A model generated the notes under the pieces. That model saw only the letters and a program-made list of their open reading frames with translations. It ran no database searches and was not told where the DNA came from. DNA of 64,000 nt, from the NCBI RefSeq assembly GCF_009914755.1, contig NC_060929.1, one strand, 5' to 3'. Within the stretch, counting starts at the first letter, position 1. Every line of letters begins with the position of its first letter. Positions 28,397 to 40,630 of this stretch are shown piece after piece. Position numbers and translations under genes: made by a program. The stretch is from the human T2T-CHM13v2.0 reference genome, Homo sapiens.

Positions 28397-28610
28397 GTTC
28401 AGAGTTGCCCTGGAGTCAAAGAGGCTGACTATTTATGCCCTACATCAATCATTAGCTATGAGACATCCTTTTCTTGGCTTAGTTTCCTGGGTGAGTTGGC
28501 TCCACACAGCCTAGAAATACTCTCCAGAGGAGGAGACAGCTAGGCTCCATGAGCAGCTCGCAGACAGTGCAGAGCTGATAGAGCAAATAGACACTTCAGT
28601 ATGGACCACA
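28202..28610 (-). mobile_element. LTR16-class ERVL solo LTR
   Basis: tgtctcaagtcaggtttcttagaagc..agcctga; gatgtggtctcag; agcatgaattgca..cagagttg; TG...CA termini. Confidence 0.7.
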
Positions 28611-28849
28611 GCCTTGCCTTTTCTTTTTCTTTCCCCTGCCCTTCTACTTCTCAGTCTCCACTTTCCTCCATTTTTAAACCATGTCATCATTTGCAAATTT
28701 CTCACCACTCTTTACTGTTGCTTGGTGAGATCCACTGGTACTTTAAGGCCTTCTTCACCTCCACTGGTGACACTTTCACTTATGAGACTGCTGGTTAAAA
28801 TCAGTGTAATACAACTAGTTGACCTCCCTGGTCAGAATCCTCCAATAAT

Positions 28850-29355
28850 TTCCCAAATTCTTCAGCATGATCTACAAGACTCTAAAGATCTGGTCCTCCA
28901 ATACTTTTCTGACACTCTTTCCTGTCACCCAGCACTACCCCTAATATAACGATTCGACTCCAGTTGCATTAGCCTCTTTGCTGATTCTCAAACATACTAA
29001 GCATGCAGATCATTGCAAATGCTGGTTACTCTCCCTAAACTTTCTCTTTCCATTCTTGTCATGGTTTGTTCATGTCTTCCTTTAAGTCTGTGATCGGATG
29101 CTGTTTCATCTGTCAGGCTTTTCTGACTACATGATATAAAATAGCTTCCCTCTTAAAACACATTCATCACCACCTAAAATATTATATATTGTTGGATGGT
29201 TTGATTGATTGGTTGACTGTCTAATCCAGCTAAAATATACACAGACCCATAAGAAGAAGGACACTGTTTATCTGTTTGCCACTGGTTTTTCTACACCTAG
29301 AGCAATGTCAAGACTATACTAGCAACTCAGTGATTATTTGGTGAATTAATGAATA
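28850..29355 (+). mobile_element. L2a LINE 3' part
   Basis: cccaaattcttcagcatgatctacaagactct...acacctagagcaatgtc...ctcagtgattatttggtgaattaatgaat. Confidence 0.8.
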
Positions 29356-29619
29356 GGTGCCAGAAAGACCAGAATAAAAAGCAAAAATACTCTACAATTG
29401 TCAGAGAAAGCCATGCTGGAGTGACTTCTGTGCTGAGACTTTACAGGTGAATTGAAGATTTACAGGTAAGAAGGTAGACAAGAACTTTCCAGGCAGCGAA
29501 ATGAGCCAGTGCCTCTAAAGCAAGGAAGCGCAGTGTCTCTGCAGTTCTTTGCCTATGCTCTGCACTTTAAAGGGCCCATCAATAACCACAACAGTTTTCT
29601 GCAAGAGGAGACCTCTCAG

Positions 29620-30510
29620 ATCTGTATTCTGCTTTCCATTACAAGGCAGCTAGCTTGATATTTCCATTTACATGTTCTGTTGTCATCTTAAAACTACACT
29701 TTTTGAATTTATTCATGTGGCTAAGGTATGACAGTGATGAGAGACTGCTCATTATCACTCACCTTCTTATCCCATCAGTTAATAATTTTATTAATCTTTT
29801 CCTTATAATATCCTTTACTCTCCCATAACTGTTGCCACATCCGTATCCTAATTTTTCATGCTATGTTTGCCTATTGACTGGTTTTTCTGACTCTAAACTC
29901 TCTCATTTCATTTCATCCTGCACCATTTTGCCAGGTGCACAACTCTAACTTAGACTTTCACATCTCACTCAACAGACTCGTGAGATTATCTACAATGGTT
30001 AGTTTCAAAGTTATAGACTCACAGTCAAGGCCATCCAGGACTTGACACCAACCACCTCCCCACTTTTTCCTATTTCTGTTTCTTTCCGTGAAGTTCCAAC
30101 TTTGCTCACATTAGTTCCACATGCACTCATCTACAGTTGCACTTTTGCTCATGGTTTCCCACCATCCTGGAAACCCATCTCATTCCTATGCATTTAACTG
30201 TGCTTTTCATGCAGTTCATGCTTTAGAATTCTCACCTATGGGTCAGGCCGAAGCTACACTTCCTGAGACCACATCATTGCTGAATTCTTGAATCCCTTCA
30301 CTATCACATCCAGCTTTATTCCTCTGCTTACAGGGTTTTCCTAAGGAGCACTAGCTCAGTCAATTACAGTCAGGCTTGGCTTCTAAGAAACCTGACTTGA
30401 GACAGATCTTGTATTTTCTGGTGTTTTTATTTAACCTATGCATTTAACCCATCGTTTAAAACCTAGCTCAGATTTTCTCTCTACATGCAACTTCCCTGAC
30501 CAGTCTATTT
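29620..30510 (+). mobile_element. L2 fragment interrupted by the inverted duplication
   Basis: attcatcctgcaccattttgccag; caaggccatccaggacttg; resumes after 30435 with cccatcgtttaaaacctagctcag...cttccctgacc. Confidence 0.65.
30210..30432 (-). repeat. Right arm (derived copy) of the inverted duplication, flanked by a 14-bp direct repeat
   Basis: cctatgcatttaac at 30185-30198 and 30435-30448; perfect match of 30250-30418 to the reverse complement of 28188-28356. Confidence 0.97.
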
Positions 30511-30534
30511 AAAAATAACTTCCAAATATTTAAA

Positions 30535-30673
30535 AAATAAATTTTATTGTATATATTTAAGGCATACGACATGATCATAAAAGTATCTTCTCTCCAATGT
30601 TCGTTTCAGCATTATTCACAATAGCCAACATATAGAAACAAGCTAAGTGTCCATCAACAAACAAATGGATAAA
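30535..30673. mobile_element. Short L1MA-type insertion with an inverted segment
   Basis: Minus-strand 3' terminus (ttattgtatatatttaaggcatacgacatgat) abuts a plus-strand L1 piece (gcattattcacaatagccaa...aagtgtccatcaac..atggataaa). Confidence 0.7.
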
Positions 30674-32413
30674 TATTTAGAACTTCTAAAACTTCAGTCT
30701 CTATCATCCATTTGGAAAGTGGTCGTTTATTTCCATGTAATATATTCCGTGTCTTTTACATTGAAATATTATTTAAATGTATTATTTTCATTTAACTTTT
30801 TACCTTTTAATTTTTTTATTTTTGTAAGTTGATTTTAAGTTCTCTTGGGGGCAGGGATAAAATCATGGTGTAGGAACCTACTGCCTCCTCTTTTCCTGCC
30901 CCAAGTCACCTTGTAAAGAAGGTTACTTACTGTCAAAGTAACCTCCCTAATAGGTTCTAACATCCACAGCAACCCAAGATCATCCATAAGATTAAACTTC
31001 CATAAATATTTATACATCATTCTCTCTGCCTAGAAGTTTATTTTATTTTACTTTTTACCTAAAAATTCCCCATTTAAGCGTTAAGATTCACTCAGCCACA
31101 AAGTCACTACAATTTAGACTTAGCTTACCTTACTTCGCAGCTTTTGTTTCTACTTCCTTTTTATCATCCCATTATGAGGTTCCTTCTATTTTAGCTCTGG
31201 TTTTATATACAGTAGGAGATTGTGATTTGTGGGAGTTAAGAACATAGCCTTCTAGGTCAGATCTGGATTTGAACTTGACTCTGTCCTTCTGTTGCCTCTA
31301 TTAGATTCACAGCTGCCATAGCCAACAGTATCAGGCTTTGCATGACCATAGAACAACTAGATGCGATCATATTTTGTGCTTACATCAACTACTACAAATA
31401 GCTTTGTGAGTGAATAAACCAAGAATATATTGTTTTTGTTAATCTTACAGACCCTCCACAGTAAAGTAAGTAGATCCATTGGCTTTTTTCTTCTTTTGTC
31501 ACAAGTTTAAAGAATTAAACTTTGAGAAGAAAATGGATGGAGAGGGTGTTGCAGATTGGGATAGCTATGCTAATTAATTCCTCAGGGAAAACACTCTCAC
31601 TTTTACGTAATTTTATTCTGATTGATTTTCATAGCTGTTCTCTTGTTATGATGCTTGCTTATCTGACAGACTGTATGGTCCTTCTCTTTTGCCTTTTGAG
31701 AGCTCTGGATGATATCTTGTTCCATTACAAAAATTTTTTAGGCCAAAAAGCATAAAAATACATACTCATATTTAATGTTAGAAGAAGCAAACCTGGAATA
31801 TTGTTACTCACCTGGAAGTTATCTTGCAAATAAACATTTATTTTCTTAGGCTATACCAACAGAGATCACGTTATTGCATTTTATTTTATGTCATATGATC
31901 TCTTTATTTTTCAAGAAATATCTCTGTTATCCTAGGTAATACTCATTTCTTCCAAGCTGTAAAAATATTTAACAATGTAGCAAATACTACCTACCAAATA
32001 AGGAACTACTTCTTTGAGCAAAGTTAGTTTCAGACACTTTATTATTTTTGTCAACTGAAATGCTTCTACTTCTAATAACAAAACCCCTGACTTAAAATGA
32101 GTTAAACTATAAAGAAAGTGTACTATCTGGTATAACAAGAAGTCGTGAATTATGATGGGTGTCTGAGTTCGTTGATTTATGGGTTCAACAATATGATCAA
32201 CTCTCTGTATCCTTTTAATTTCTGTACTTCTGTCATAAATATTTGCTTGGATGCAACATTTCCAGACATCAAATGTAGAGAAAACAAATAGATCATTTCT
32301 TCCTTTCTCTGTCTCCTAAGAAATAGAAAAATGTACAGAGGCCACTGAGCAAACTCACCTCTTCCCCACCATGCTTCATTGAGGAAATTTCAGACCCATA
32401 CACGTTTGGGGAC

Positions 32414-32597
32414 TGATAGTGTTTGGCTGTATCTCCACCCAAATCTCATCTTGAATTGTAGTACCCATCATCCCCACATGGCGGGGAAGGGACCTGGTCA
32501 GAATCAGAGGTAATTGAATCACGCGGTCTGTTATCCCCATGCTGTTCTCATGATAGTGAGCGAGTTCTCAGGAGACCCGATGGTTTTATCAGGGGCT
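32414..32597 (+). mobile_element. THE1 (D-like) LTR, 5' half only
   Basis: tgatagtgtttggctgtatctccacccaaatctcatcttgaattgtag...catgctgttctcatgatagtgag..gagttctc. Confidence 0.85.
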
Positions 32598-32611
32598 GAG
32601 ACAGGGACATC

Positions 32612-32789
32612 CAAGAGCTGACTTCATGGTGATGCTATCTATGCAATAGCACAGGGTCCTGGACTTAGAAGAACACCATTCTTAGTTTAATGCTCTGCTA
32701 GCATCATCTTGAAATTCTGAATAATTATTAATAAGAAGCCTGCATTTTTATTTTGTACTGGACCTCACAAAGTTTTGTGGTTGAGTCTA
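32612..32789 (+). mobile_element. MER91A-like hAT MITE
   Basis: cttcatgg...gcacagggtcc..cttagaag...tttaatgctctgct...tcttgaaattct...gcatttttattttgtactgg. Confidence 0.7.
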
Positions 32790-33225
32790 CATATTCCCAT
32801 GAGATAATTAGCTTTATGGGGCAGGGATGCATATCTAAATAGAATATATAGGTGTACTAAAAAGGAAGATGAGAAGATAGGATTCTGGGTAGCCTACCCA
32901 TAGATTTTACTCCATTCATCATTTTTTAAGTTTAGAACTGGTTTGACTCCACTCTAAATCACCAAGAGCAACAACAGTAGTGAAGTAACTAGTTCAGTAA
33001 ATACTGGTCAATCAATTCCTCAGATTAAAGAAGGCACTGAGCATGAACTGGAAATCCGTAGTATAGTGGGGGATTTCCAAGCAAAGTGATTAAAAGTGAA
33101 AGCATTCCTTCCTACATTATTGCTCTTGATAGTACTGAAAAATCATACATTTGACCTCTCAAACTAATTTTCTTCCACTAATACCTCTCTCCCAAACTTA
33201 ATATACGACCCTCCCCTTCATGTAC

Positions 33226-33302
33226 ATAGACACACACGCAGACCCACACACCGAGACACACCCAGACACACACACATATACACATACACACACACACACA
33301 CA
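33226..33302. repeat. Degenerate (CA)n repeat
   Basis: Seen directly. Confidence 0.9.
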
Positions 33303-33334
33303 GAGTTCATTATTATTGATATAAGAGAAAAGCA

Positions 33335-33760
33335 GAATGGCTTCTCACTGGTGTAAGAGAAAAGCAGAGATCCTTCAACCATATTACAAGGTCAAGCATG
33401 ATCTTGTACCTGCCCACCTCCCCCACCTTCTATAGGGCTTCTTGCTACTTCAGTTTCTGAGCTTTGACTCTCTGGGCTGTACAATCTCCTTAGAGCTCCA
33501 TGTTTTCTGCAACTTAGGAACTTTGGTCATATTATTCTGTCTGCCTCCTTTTCCCTCTCCTCCTTTTCACCATAGTGAACTTACACGCATGCTTACAATC
33601 AAATTCGAAGTTCTTTTCTCAGAAAACCTTTCCTATACCCAATGGCTGGCCCAGTTATTTTGTTATTGGAGCCTACAACATAACATAGCTTTCCTCCACA
33701 ACTGGTGTCTCAATTTTTTTATGAACACTTTAACCAGTGTCTGCAATTTGTAGTGTAATG
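33335..33760 (+). mobile_element. L2 fragment
   Basis: aatggcttctcactg...tccttcaaccatattacaagg...catgatct; tctcagaaaacctttcct. Confidence 0.6.
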
Positions 33761-34466
33761 CCAAGAGAGCTTAAGCCTGCGGGATCAAGGATGGCAATCA
33801 AATATCAGCTTCATAAAGCTTTTTCAAAATCTGGCTCAAATCATGATAACCACTAAAGAGTAATATGCAAAGAGTGAATCTGGGTCATATCACTAACTGG
33901 AGATTTTGCTGTGTACAGGATATGAGTTAGATTAAGCTTCGTAATTATGTTCAATTGGTTTGTCTATTATTTCACCAAAAATACAACTTTTGAGCTCACG
34001 TATTTTGTAAATTGGATCTATATGATTTTTTGTTTTAATTTAAGCAGGAAAGCCACAAAAATATTAGGACATCCTGATCCAGTGCCAGATCTATCTGCAT
34101 TATTTTAGTTGAATATTTTATAATGTACTTTGAGGATTCTTTTTAAACTATACACTGTAACTTGGCTACTCGTTGAGTGATTTTCAGTCATTTCATTGTT
34201 TTCTCAAAGCTTCTTACTTTGCTCATCAAACTCCAATATTGAAATTCTTCTGAATCTGATGGGCTTGAGATGCTTTCTAATGAAGTATGGGGGACAGGTT
34301 TTTATACTCTCTTGGCTTGTTGTCCCTCATTAGAGACAACTTTGAATTTATATTTTCATTAGGCCTCTTTCCAAGTGTTAACAATATGGTTGGGGATCTG
34401 ACTGCTAATTAAAGAACTGGAGTTAAAATAGAACTGCAGTTTTAAAGGTGCACTCTCTATATGTTT

Positions 34467-34497
34467 GTGTGTGTGTGTGTGTATGTGTGTGTGTATG
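34467..34497. repeat. (TG)n microsatellite
   Basis: Seen directly. Confidence 0.9.
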
Positions 34498-34595
34498 TCT
34501 GCACATCTATATGGCTACTCGTACACAGATTCACACATACACAAACACACAATTAGTGCCTACATTGTTTTTTACAACTCAGTGATTGTGCTGAA

Positions 34596-34960
34596 TCCAT
34601 TCATTTATGCATTCAATATTTATTGAGTACCTACTATGCTCCAGGAACTCATCTCGACATTAGGGATACAGCAGCAAACCAAAAGGATAAGGTAATTCTG
34701 TCACGTAACTTATATTGTAGTAATGGAGAGAGACAAGCACCAGTAAAAACATAAATATGTTCACATAATAATAAGCACTATGAAGATAATACATTTGGTT
34801 AATGTGATAGTTATGTGGCAGATAGTGATTGAGATGAGGAAGAGTTGCTATTTGATTTAGGTGATCAGGAAAGATTCATAAAAAACGTAATATTTGAGCC
34901 TGACCAAAATGATTATATGAAACAAACAATTTGAATATTTTAGACAAAAATAATCTAACT
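34596..34960 (-). mobile_element. L2a 3' end
   Basis: cattcatttatgcattcaatatttattgagtacctactatgctccagg...gggatacagcagcaaac. Confidence 0.85.
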
Positions 34961-35169
34961 GAAAGTAAACTAAACTCAGTCATGAGTCAGGTATAGAGTC
35001 CATCTTTATATAACTGGAAACTTTAATTGATTGGAACAGATTTTTTTTTAAGTTCAATAAACTTCAATGTTGAACTATTTTCATTTTCTCCTTTGTGACT
35101 GCATGAAAGGGGAACGCTTGATGATTACTCATCTGTGGGACTTTTTATCCTTTACAACTAACATTTTTG

Positions 35170-35480
35170 TCCAGGGTTTCCTTCTCATTGACTACTCCGT
35201 CTTGGACAAATTACTTAACATCTTGGATGTTTTTAAAAAAATTATCAGTAATGCTTGCCCTGTTATCTCACCACAGGGTAAGGGGTAAGGTTGTAAGATA
35301 CTTAAGGGAAGATTCAGGAATCTGGCTTATAACTCAATATCTGTGAAACATTGAGGGAAATTATTTAGTATTTCTTCACCTCAGTTTCTGATCTGTAAAT
35401 TATGGAATAATAGAATCTACCTCAGAGCTGTTGTGAGAAGGATCTGGGACTTAGTAAGGACTCTTAATAAATTAGGTATT
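35170..35480 (+). mobile_element. Two adjacent MIR fragments
   Basis: cttggacaaattacttaac; cctcagtttctgatctgtaaa..ggaataatagaatctacctcagagctgttgtgag. Confidence 0.7.
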
Positions 35481-36409
35481 ATTTTAATCAGAAAAGGTAG
35501 TGGTTATGAAAGTTATTTGCAACTGAAAGGAACTCTATAAACAGAGGGTGTAATTATCTGTTTGGTAAGTAGGTAGTCAGGCAATAATTATTGGTTAGTA
35601 GTTTAAAGCATTTTGCTAAGAAATTGTCTTTTTTTTTCAATTTGTGACATATTTTGAGTAGAGAATTGAGCTGTTTTAGAACCATTATATTTTACCACAA
35701 TCCATTACTGTTTTTAAAAAGTTTCTGTCCAGAAATATCATTTTCACATGGGATAGTAGACATGTAATAAGTCAACATATTTATTATCTCTAGGAAGGTA
35801 AGTATTCCTTGTCTTCTTATAGAGGAGTGAATGTTTTCATTTGACATTTTAGTCTTAAAGAGACAAAGAAGTATTCCTTATGCATTAGGTACGAGGTGAA
35901 TGAAGATAAATGGAGACAGTTTTAGACACTCAGGGGAATAAGTACAGTCAGAATAAAAGGGCCACTTCCATTTCTAAGCTTAAGAAAGCTCGCGAGGCCA
36001 CAATGAATAATTATATACTAAACGAAATGTGCAATTATTAATGGTACTGTATCACTTTTCGCAATTTAATTGTCTACCCGAAGACTATCCAAAGATACTA
36101 CATTATATTCTCTACTTTTTTACTTCTTTGCCTACTGAAGCTTTTATAATGATTTACATTAGTAATAGGCTTTCTCCAGTTCACTTAATCATTCTCAATT
36201 TATTCTTCCTTTGATGGAAAGCAATTAAAGAGAGTGTAGAGCCCCTCCCCACCTAATATCAGAGTCCTCACTTTCATAGGCACAGGTGTATGGTGGTCTA
36301 CTTTCTTAGGTGTGCAGCTGCACCAGAGTCCTGGCCATAATGTGGAAGCCATTATAGCCCAACCTTAAGGCCTTTACAATCCTGGATTGCAACTTTCAAA
36401 AAACGAATG

Positions 36410-36660
36410 ACAGGAATGATAGCTAACATTTCTCAAGCATTCACTATATGCTACAGACTGTGCTCATCTTTCTGTGTGGATTTATTTCCTCATTTATATC
36501 CAAACTATGAGGAAGGGATGTGCATAATCCTTATGTTATCAGTGGGAAAATCGAAGCCCAGAAAGGTAAGGTAATTTGCCATGGTCATAGCCAGAATGTG
36601 GAGGCACATTAACCCAGGTTCAGGTATCCTGGCTTTAGAAACTGTACTTTTAACCACCAA
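36410..36660 (-). mobile_element. MIR SINE
   Basis: atagctaacatttctcaagcattcactatatgc...gaaaatcgaagcccagaaaggtaaggtaatttgccatggtcatagc. Confidence 0.85.
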
Positions 36661-36689
36661 TGATCAGTGTAAGTCAAGTGATGCCACTC

Positions 36690-37060
36690 TCCCACACACG
36701 CTTTCCGAAAGTCTCCTGTCACAATTTACACTTGCAGATCTCAGTGCTCAAAATCTTCTTTCTTCAGCTATTCATGTATTTTACTCCTTCATTTTTTTTG
36801 GGTCTCTGCTCAAATGGTACCTCCTTCCAGAGGTCTTCCTTCACTGCACCATTCAAAATAGCAACCCCTGACACTCTCTATCACTTAACCTGATATCTCT
36901 TTCTTCATAGGTATTAATCATTACTTGACGCTACATACTATCTATTCGTTCTATTAATATTTCCTCCACCATCCACAAGGAACTTGAAGACAGAGAATTG
37001 TTTTGTTTCATTTTGTGTCCCCAACATTGTAGCAGCTTAATAAATATTTGTTGGAAGGAA
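36690..37060 (+). mobile_element. L2 3' end
   Basis: ggtctctgctcaaatggtacctccttccagagg...gcttaataaatatttgttggaaggaa. Confidence 0.75.
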
Positions 37061-38289
37061 GAATGTATTAAAAATTACTAAAATAAGAAATAAATGAGTG
37101 TCAGTATTAAGTACAGTACCTGGCACAATGAAAGCATTTAATAAAGATTACTTCATTTATTTTATTATAAAACTAATGATAATTATGATTTTCAAAAGTG
37201 ATCAGAGAAATATAGTGGAGGGAAAAGAAAAAATGCTGAATTTTCCTGAAGGGACCTAAAAAGCTGAGGTAGAGTCAATAATCTAGATAATTTTGTTAAA
37301 AATATAAAAAATATTAGCCTGAAAGGCAAAAAAAATGAAGTAGAACCTTTAAAAAATATATCAATAATTATCAGCTACATTGAAATTTACATGGTAAACT
37401 CTATGCACAAAGTTAATACATATATTTTTCCGAAGAGTGCAGTAAAGATGGCTTTTAAAATTTGACATATATTTTAGCACTAGTTAAAAATATATACTAT
37501 ATTTTGAAGTATGTGTATACCAAAGTCATATGGCTGGATGATATAAAAATAACATAAACTAGGGTATAAAATGATTTATATGTGTTTGTGATATATTTTC
37601 AACAGAGAGCAGAATTGTGCTGTATTCTGGAAGAACCGAATTAGTCAACTTGTAATAAACACAGAAACAGCTGACTTACTAAATTACTAGAAATAATGTT
37701 CCCATTTTGCAGTTTATGACAACTGCTCTGATTTTTTTACTTCATGCATCACTTTTTAAAGATTTTTTGGCTAAACACTGTGCCACTTGACTGCCCGGCA
37801 TTATTTTCCATAATAGAGGAGTCAATACAAAACTAGTAAATTTCATGAATCATAGAAATATTATTTTCTGTTTCCTCAATTCAGAAATATAGATGCATTA
37901 TCTAGAAAAAGATGACAAGTCAGTCTCTAATAACACTCTACATTGTGCGAAACAATTATATAATCCACTTCTAGGCTCTTGGGGATGCAGTGGTAGGCAG
38001 TGACAATAAAGTCCTTTCTGTCATTTTGTGCACACTGTAGTAGCCATGAATGAATGGTGCCTGGTGTACCTCCTCCTTCCACGGGAAGTGGGGAAGTCTC
38101 CAGTTGCCAGGTTTCTGCTACATTATCCTTAATTCTTAAGTGATGCTTTTGAAGGTGGATTCCAAGAGTCCTTCACTGTAATTACATATAATATGTATTA
38201 AAATATATAATATATATTTTATATTTTATAAAGTATAACTACAAGTGTATATTTAATAATTTTAATATATAAAATGTATAATTTTTAAT

Positions 38290-38666
38290 ATAATTTAAGT
38301 TCTAGGGTACATGTGCACAACGTGCAGGTTTGTTACATATGTATACATGTGCCATGTTGGTGTGCTGCACCCGTTAACTCATCATTTACATTAGGTATAT
38401 CTCCTAATGCTATCCCTCCCCCTTCCCCCCACCCCACAACAGGCCCCAGTGTGTGATGTTCCCCATCCTGTGTCCAAGTGTTCTCATCCTTCAGTTCCCA
38501 CCTATGAGTGAGAACATGTGGTGTTTTGTTTTCTGTCCTTGTGATAATTTGCCCAGAATGATGGTTTCCAGCTTCGTCCATGTCCCTACAAAGGACACGA
38601 ACTCATCCTTTTTTATGGCTGCATAGTATTCCATGGTGTATATGTGCCACGTTTTCTTAATCCAGT
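38290..38666 (-). mobile_element. 5'-truncated L1PA5-like 3' end
   Basis: ttaagttctagggtacatgtgcacaacgtgcagg...tccctacaaaggac..actcatcctttt; ORF 38333..38581 derives from it. Confidence 0.95.
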
Positions 38667-38769
38667 ATGTGTATTATATATATATATATGTATTTTTATA
38701 TATATGTAATTACAGTAAATGACAGTAATTACAGTAAATGACTGTAGAAAACTTAAACATATACATTAT

Positions 38770-39112
38770 ATGTGTAAATCTGGAGCTAAGCTAGGGTTGT
38801 TCCTTTGTCCTTTCTGATGGTTATAGCTAAGGGATGTGAAGCTTGACAGCTGTTGGCACCCAAATTTCCATTTATATGAATAAAGATGGTCTACAGTGCA
38901 AGAGAATGGATCTAAGCACCTAGAAAATGAACCATTGAGGAAACCCAGCCCCACTGAGACCCTGTGGTCAGTTGAACCCAGATGCTCCCATGCACTTCTC
39001 TTGGATTGGTTATATGAGATACTCTAGTACCTTTAAAACCAATTTCTCTTTTCTTGCCTAGGCTAGTTTGAGATGTTTTTCTGTCATTAAAACCAAATAA
39101 GTTGTAATTCAT
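38770..39112 (+). mobile_element. MLT1K-like LTR 3' part
   Basis: ggatgtgaagcttgacagctgttggcacc...ctaggctagtttgagatgtttttctgtcatt. Confidence 0.6.
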
Positions 39113-40479
39113 ATCATTAGACTTATATACCTGCCAAGGTCCAAATGTACAATTGACAATTATGTACATCATAGAAAGGATTTTAAAGTAAAAAGAAATA
39201 AAACCATCTCTTCTTAAATGCAGAAATCTATATGTAGTCTTGGACAATAGCCATAATGAAAGTTGAAAATGTCAGCTACCAAAATGAATGGTAAAAGTAA
39301 TGAAGAAACTTGTACATGGAAACTGAAGAAAATGCAAAATACCCTTAAGTAAGAAAAAAATAAAGATTGAGGTTAGAAATAATTAACATTTAAAAATGTT
39401 TAAAGGGAAGATATAGATTTATAATAGCACACTCAGGACACAGAGGGTAAAATCCTAAAACAGGCACACAAAGAAAAAAAATTAAGACTATATTCATTAC
39501 TATAACAAGCTGTATATAGTGGATAAGATACTGTCAAGAAGGCATGGATATGCTGAACTATTAACAAAGTGAAGGCAGAGTTTTATATAGGTATGATGGG
39601 GTAGAACTGAAGGAATGAGAGGGTAATAAAGACAAATTAGAATTAAGTGCAGAAGTACACAGGAATAGGTCAAAGAATTAAATTTGTATGGACTAAAGTA
39701 ATCTGGTGTGACTTAAATAGAGAAAGATGGACTTGAATACGACCTACTGTTTGGAGAGGTGGAGGGCAAAACATATATAATTTAGGATAATAAAAGAATG
39801 GTGTACTTGGGGGATAATTAAGGAATCAACTGGCTAGTAAGGTTGTTATTGCTAACATGTAATAAGAAAGTCGTTTCCTTTTTCCACTCAGGTCATTTTT
39901 CTTTTTATTTATTTTCTTTTTTTCAGGACAAAATAATCACCATTCACTATCACCACTTTCTTTCTTGTTACACTACTTTTCCCCTAGCCCCTGCCCCCAA
40001 ACAAGACACTCTATTAAATTTTATTCTGCGATCACTTACAACTTTCTATCAAAACCACCCTCCTTGACACACATATGATCCTCTTTGACTTTTCTGTTGG
40101 TATATGAAGATGAACAAAAATCATACCCATCAAGGTAGGGCTTTGAAAAGTGCAAAGAAACCTCCTTCAAGGAAATTACAAAGATTCTCTACGTCTGAAA
40201 GTCTAGTTTTCACACCTTACGTCTCCTTTGAGTCTTCCAAGTATGAACCTAAATTGACCCACCATTTGCTTCCTGTTTTCCTAGCTGGGTCTTGCTCGTT
40301 TCTCAGTCTCTCCTAAGGTACTGATAGGGCCCCTTTTCAGCAAATGATTGTACTGGAAGGGAATGGTGGGTTTAGGAATGGAATGCTTCACATAGGAAAG
40401 GCAGTTTTCCTTATCCTACCATCCCATTGCAATATTATCAGTCAGTCCTTAGTCTAGGCACACCTCAGCCTGTGTTCTT

Positions 40480-40630
40480 AGCCATTGTAGTCAAATTATC
40501 TGCTTTTTCTCTGTAGTCTTCATTAGACTGTGGGCAGCTGGAGGGCAATGACCAAGTTCATTCATCTTTAAATTCTCAATGGCTAGCAGGCTACCTGCCA
40601 CATTGTAGATGCTCAGTAAATTTTGGTTAA
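40480..40630 (+). mobile_element. L2 3' end fragment
   Basis: cattagactgtgggcagctggagggca...acctgccacattgtagatgctcagtaaa. Confidence 0.75.

Larger units (their letters stand above)
32048..32912 (-). mobile_element. MLT1J-like LTR, interrupted
   Basis: tgtcaactgaaatgctt...taacaaaacccctgact; ttcaacaatatgatca; resumes at ~32800 and ends ggattctgggtagcctacc. Confidence 0.55.

Noticed and set aside
33322-33368. 15-bp direct repeat taagagaaaagcaga around a 17-bp spacer
   Set aside because: Only two units; an ordinary micro-duplication, not a CRISPR-like array
35733-35803. Possible 65-nt exon (ctgtccag|...aag|GTAAGT); a similar isolated donor lies at ~22621
   Set aside because: Consensus splice signals occur by chance several times in 64 kb, and there is no coding or partner-exon support
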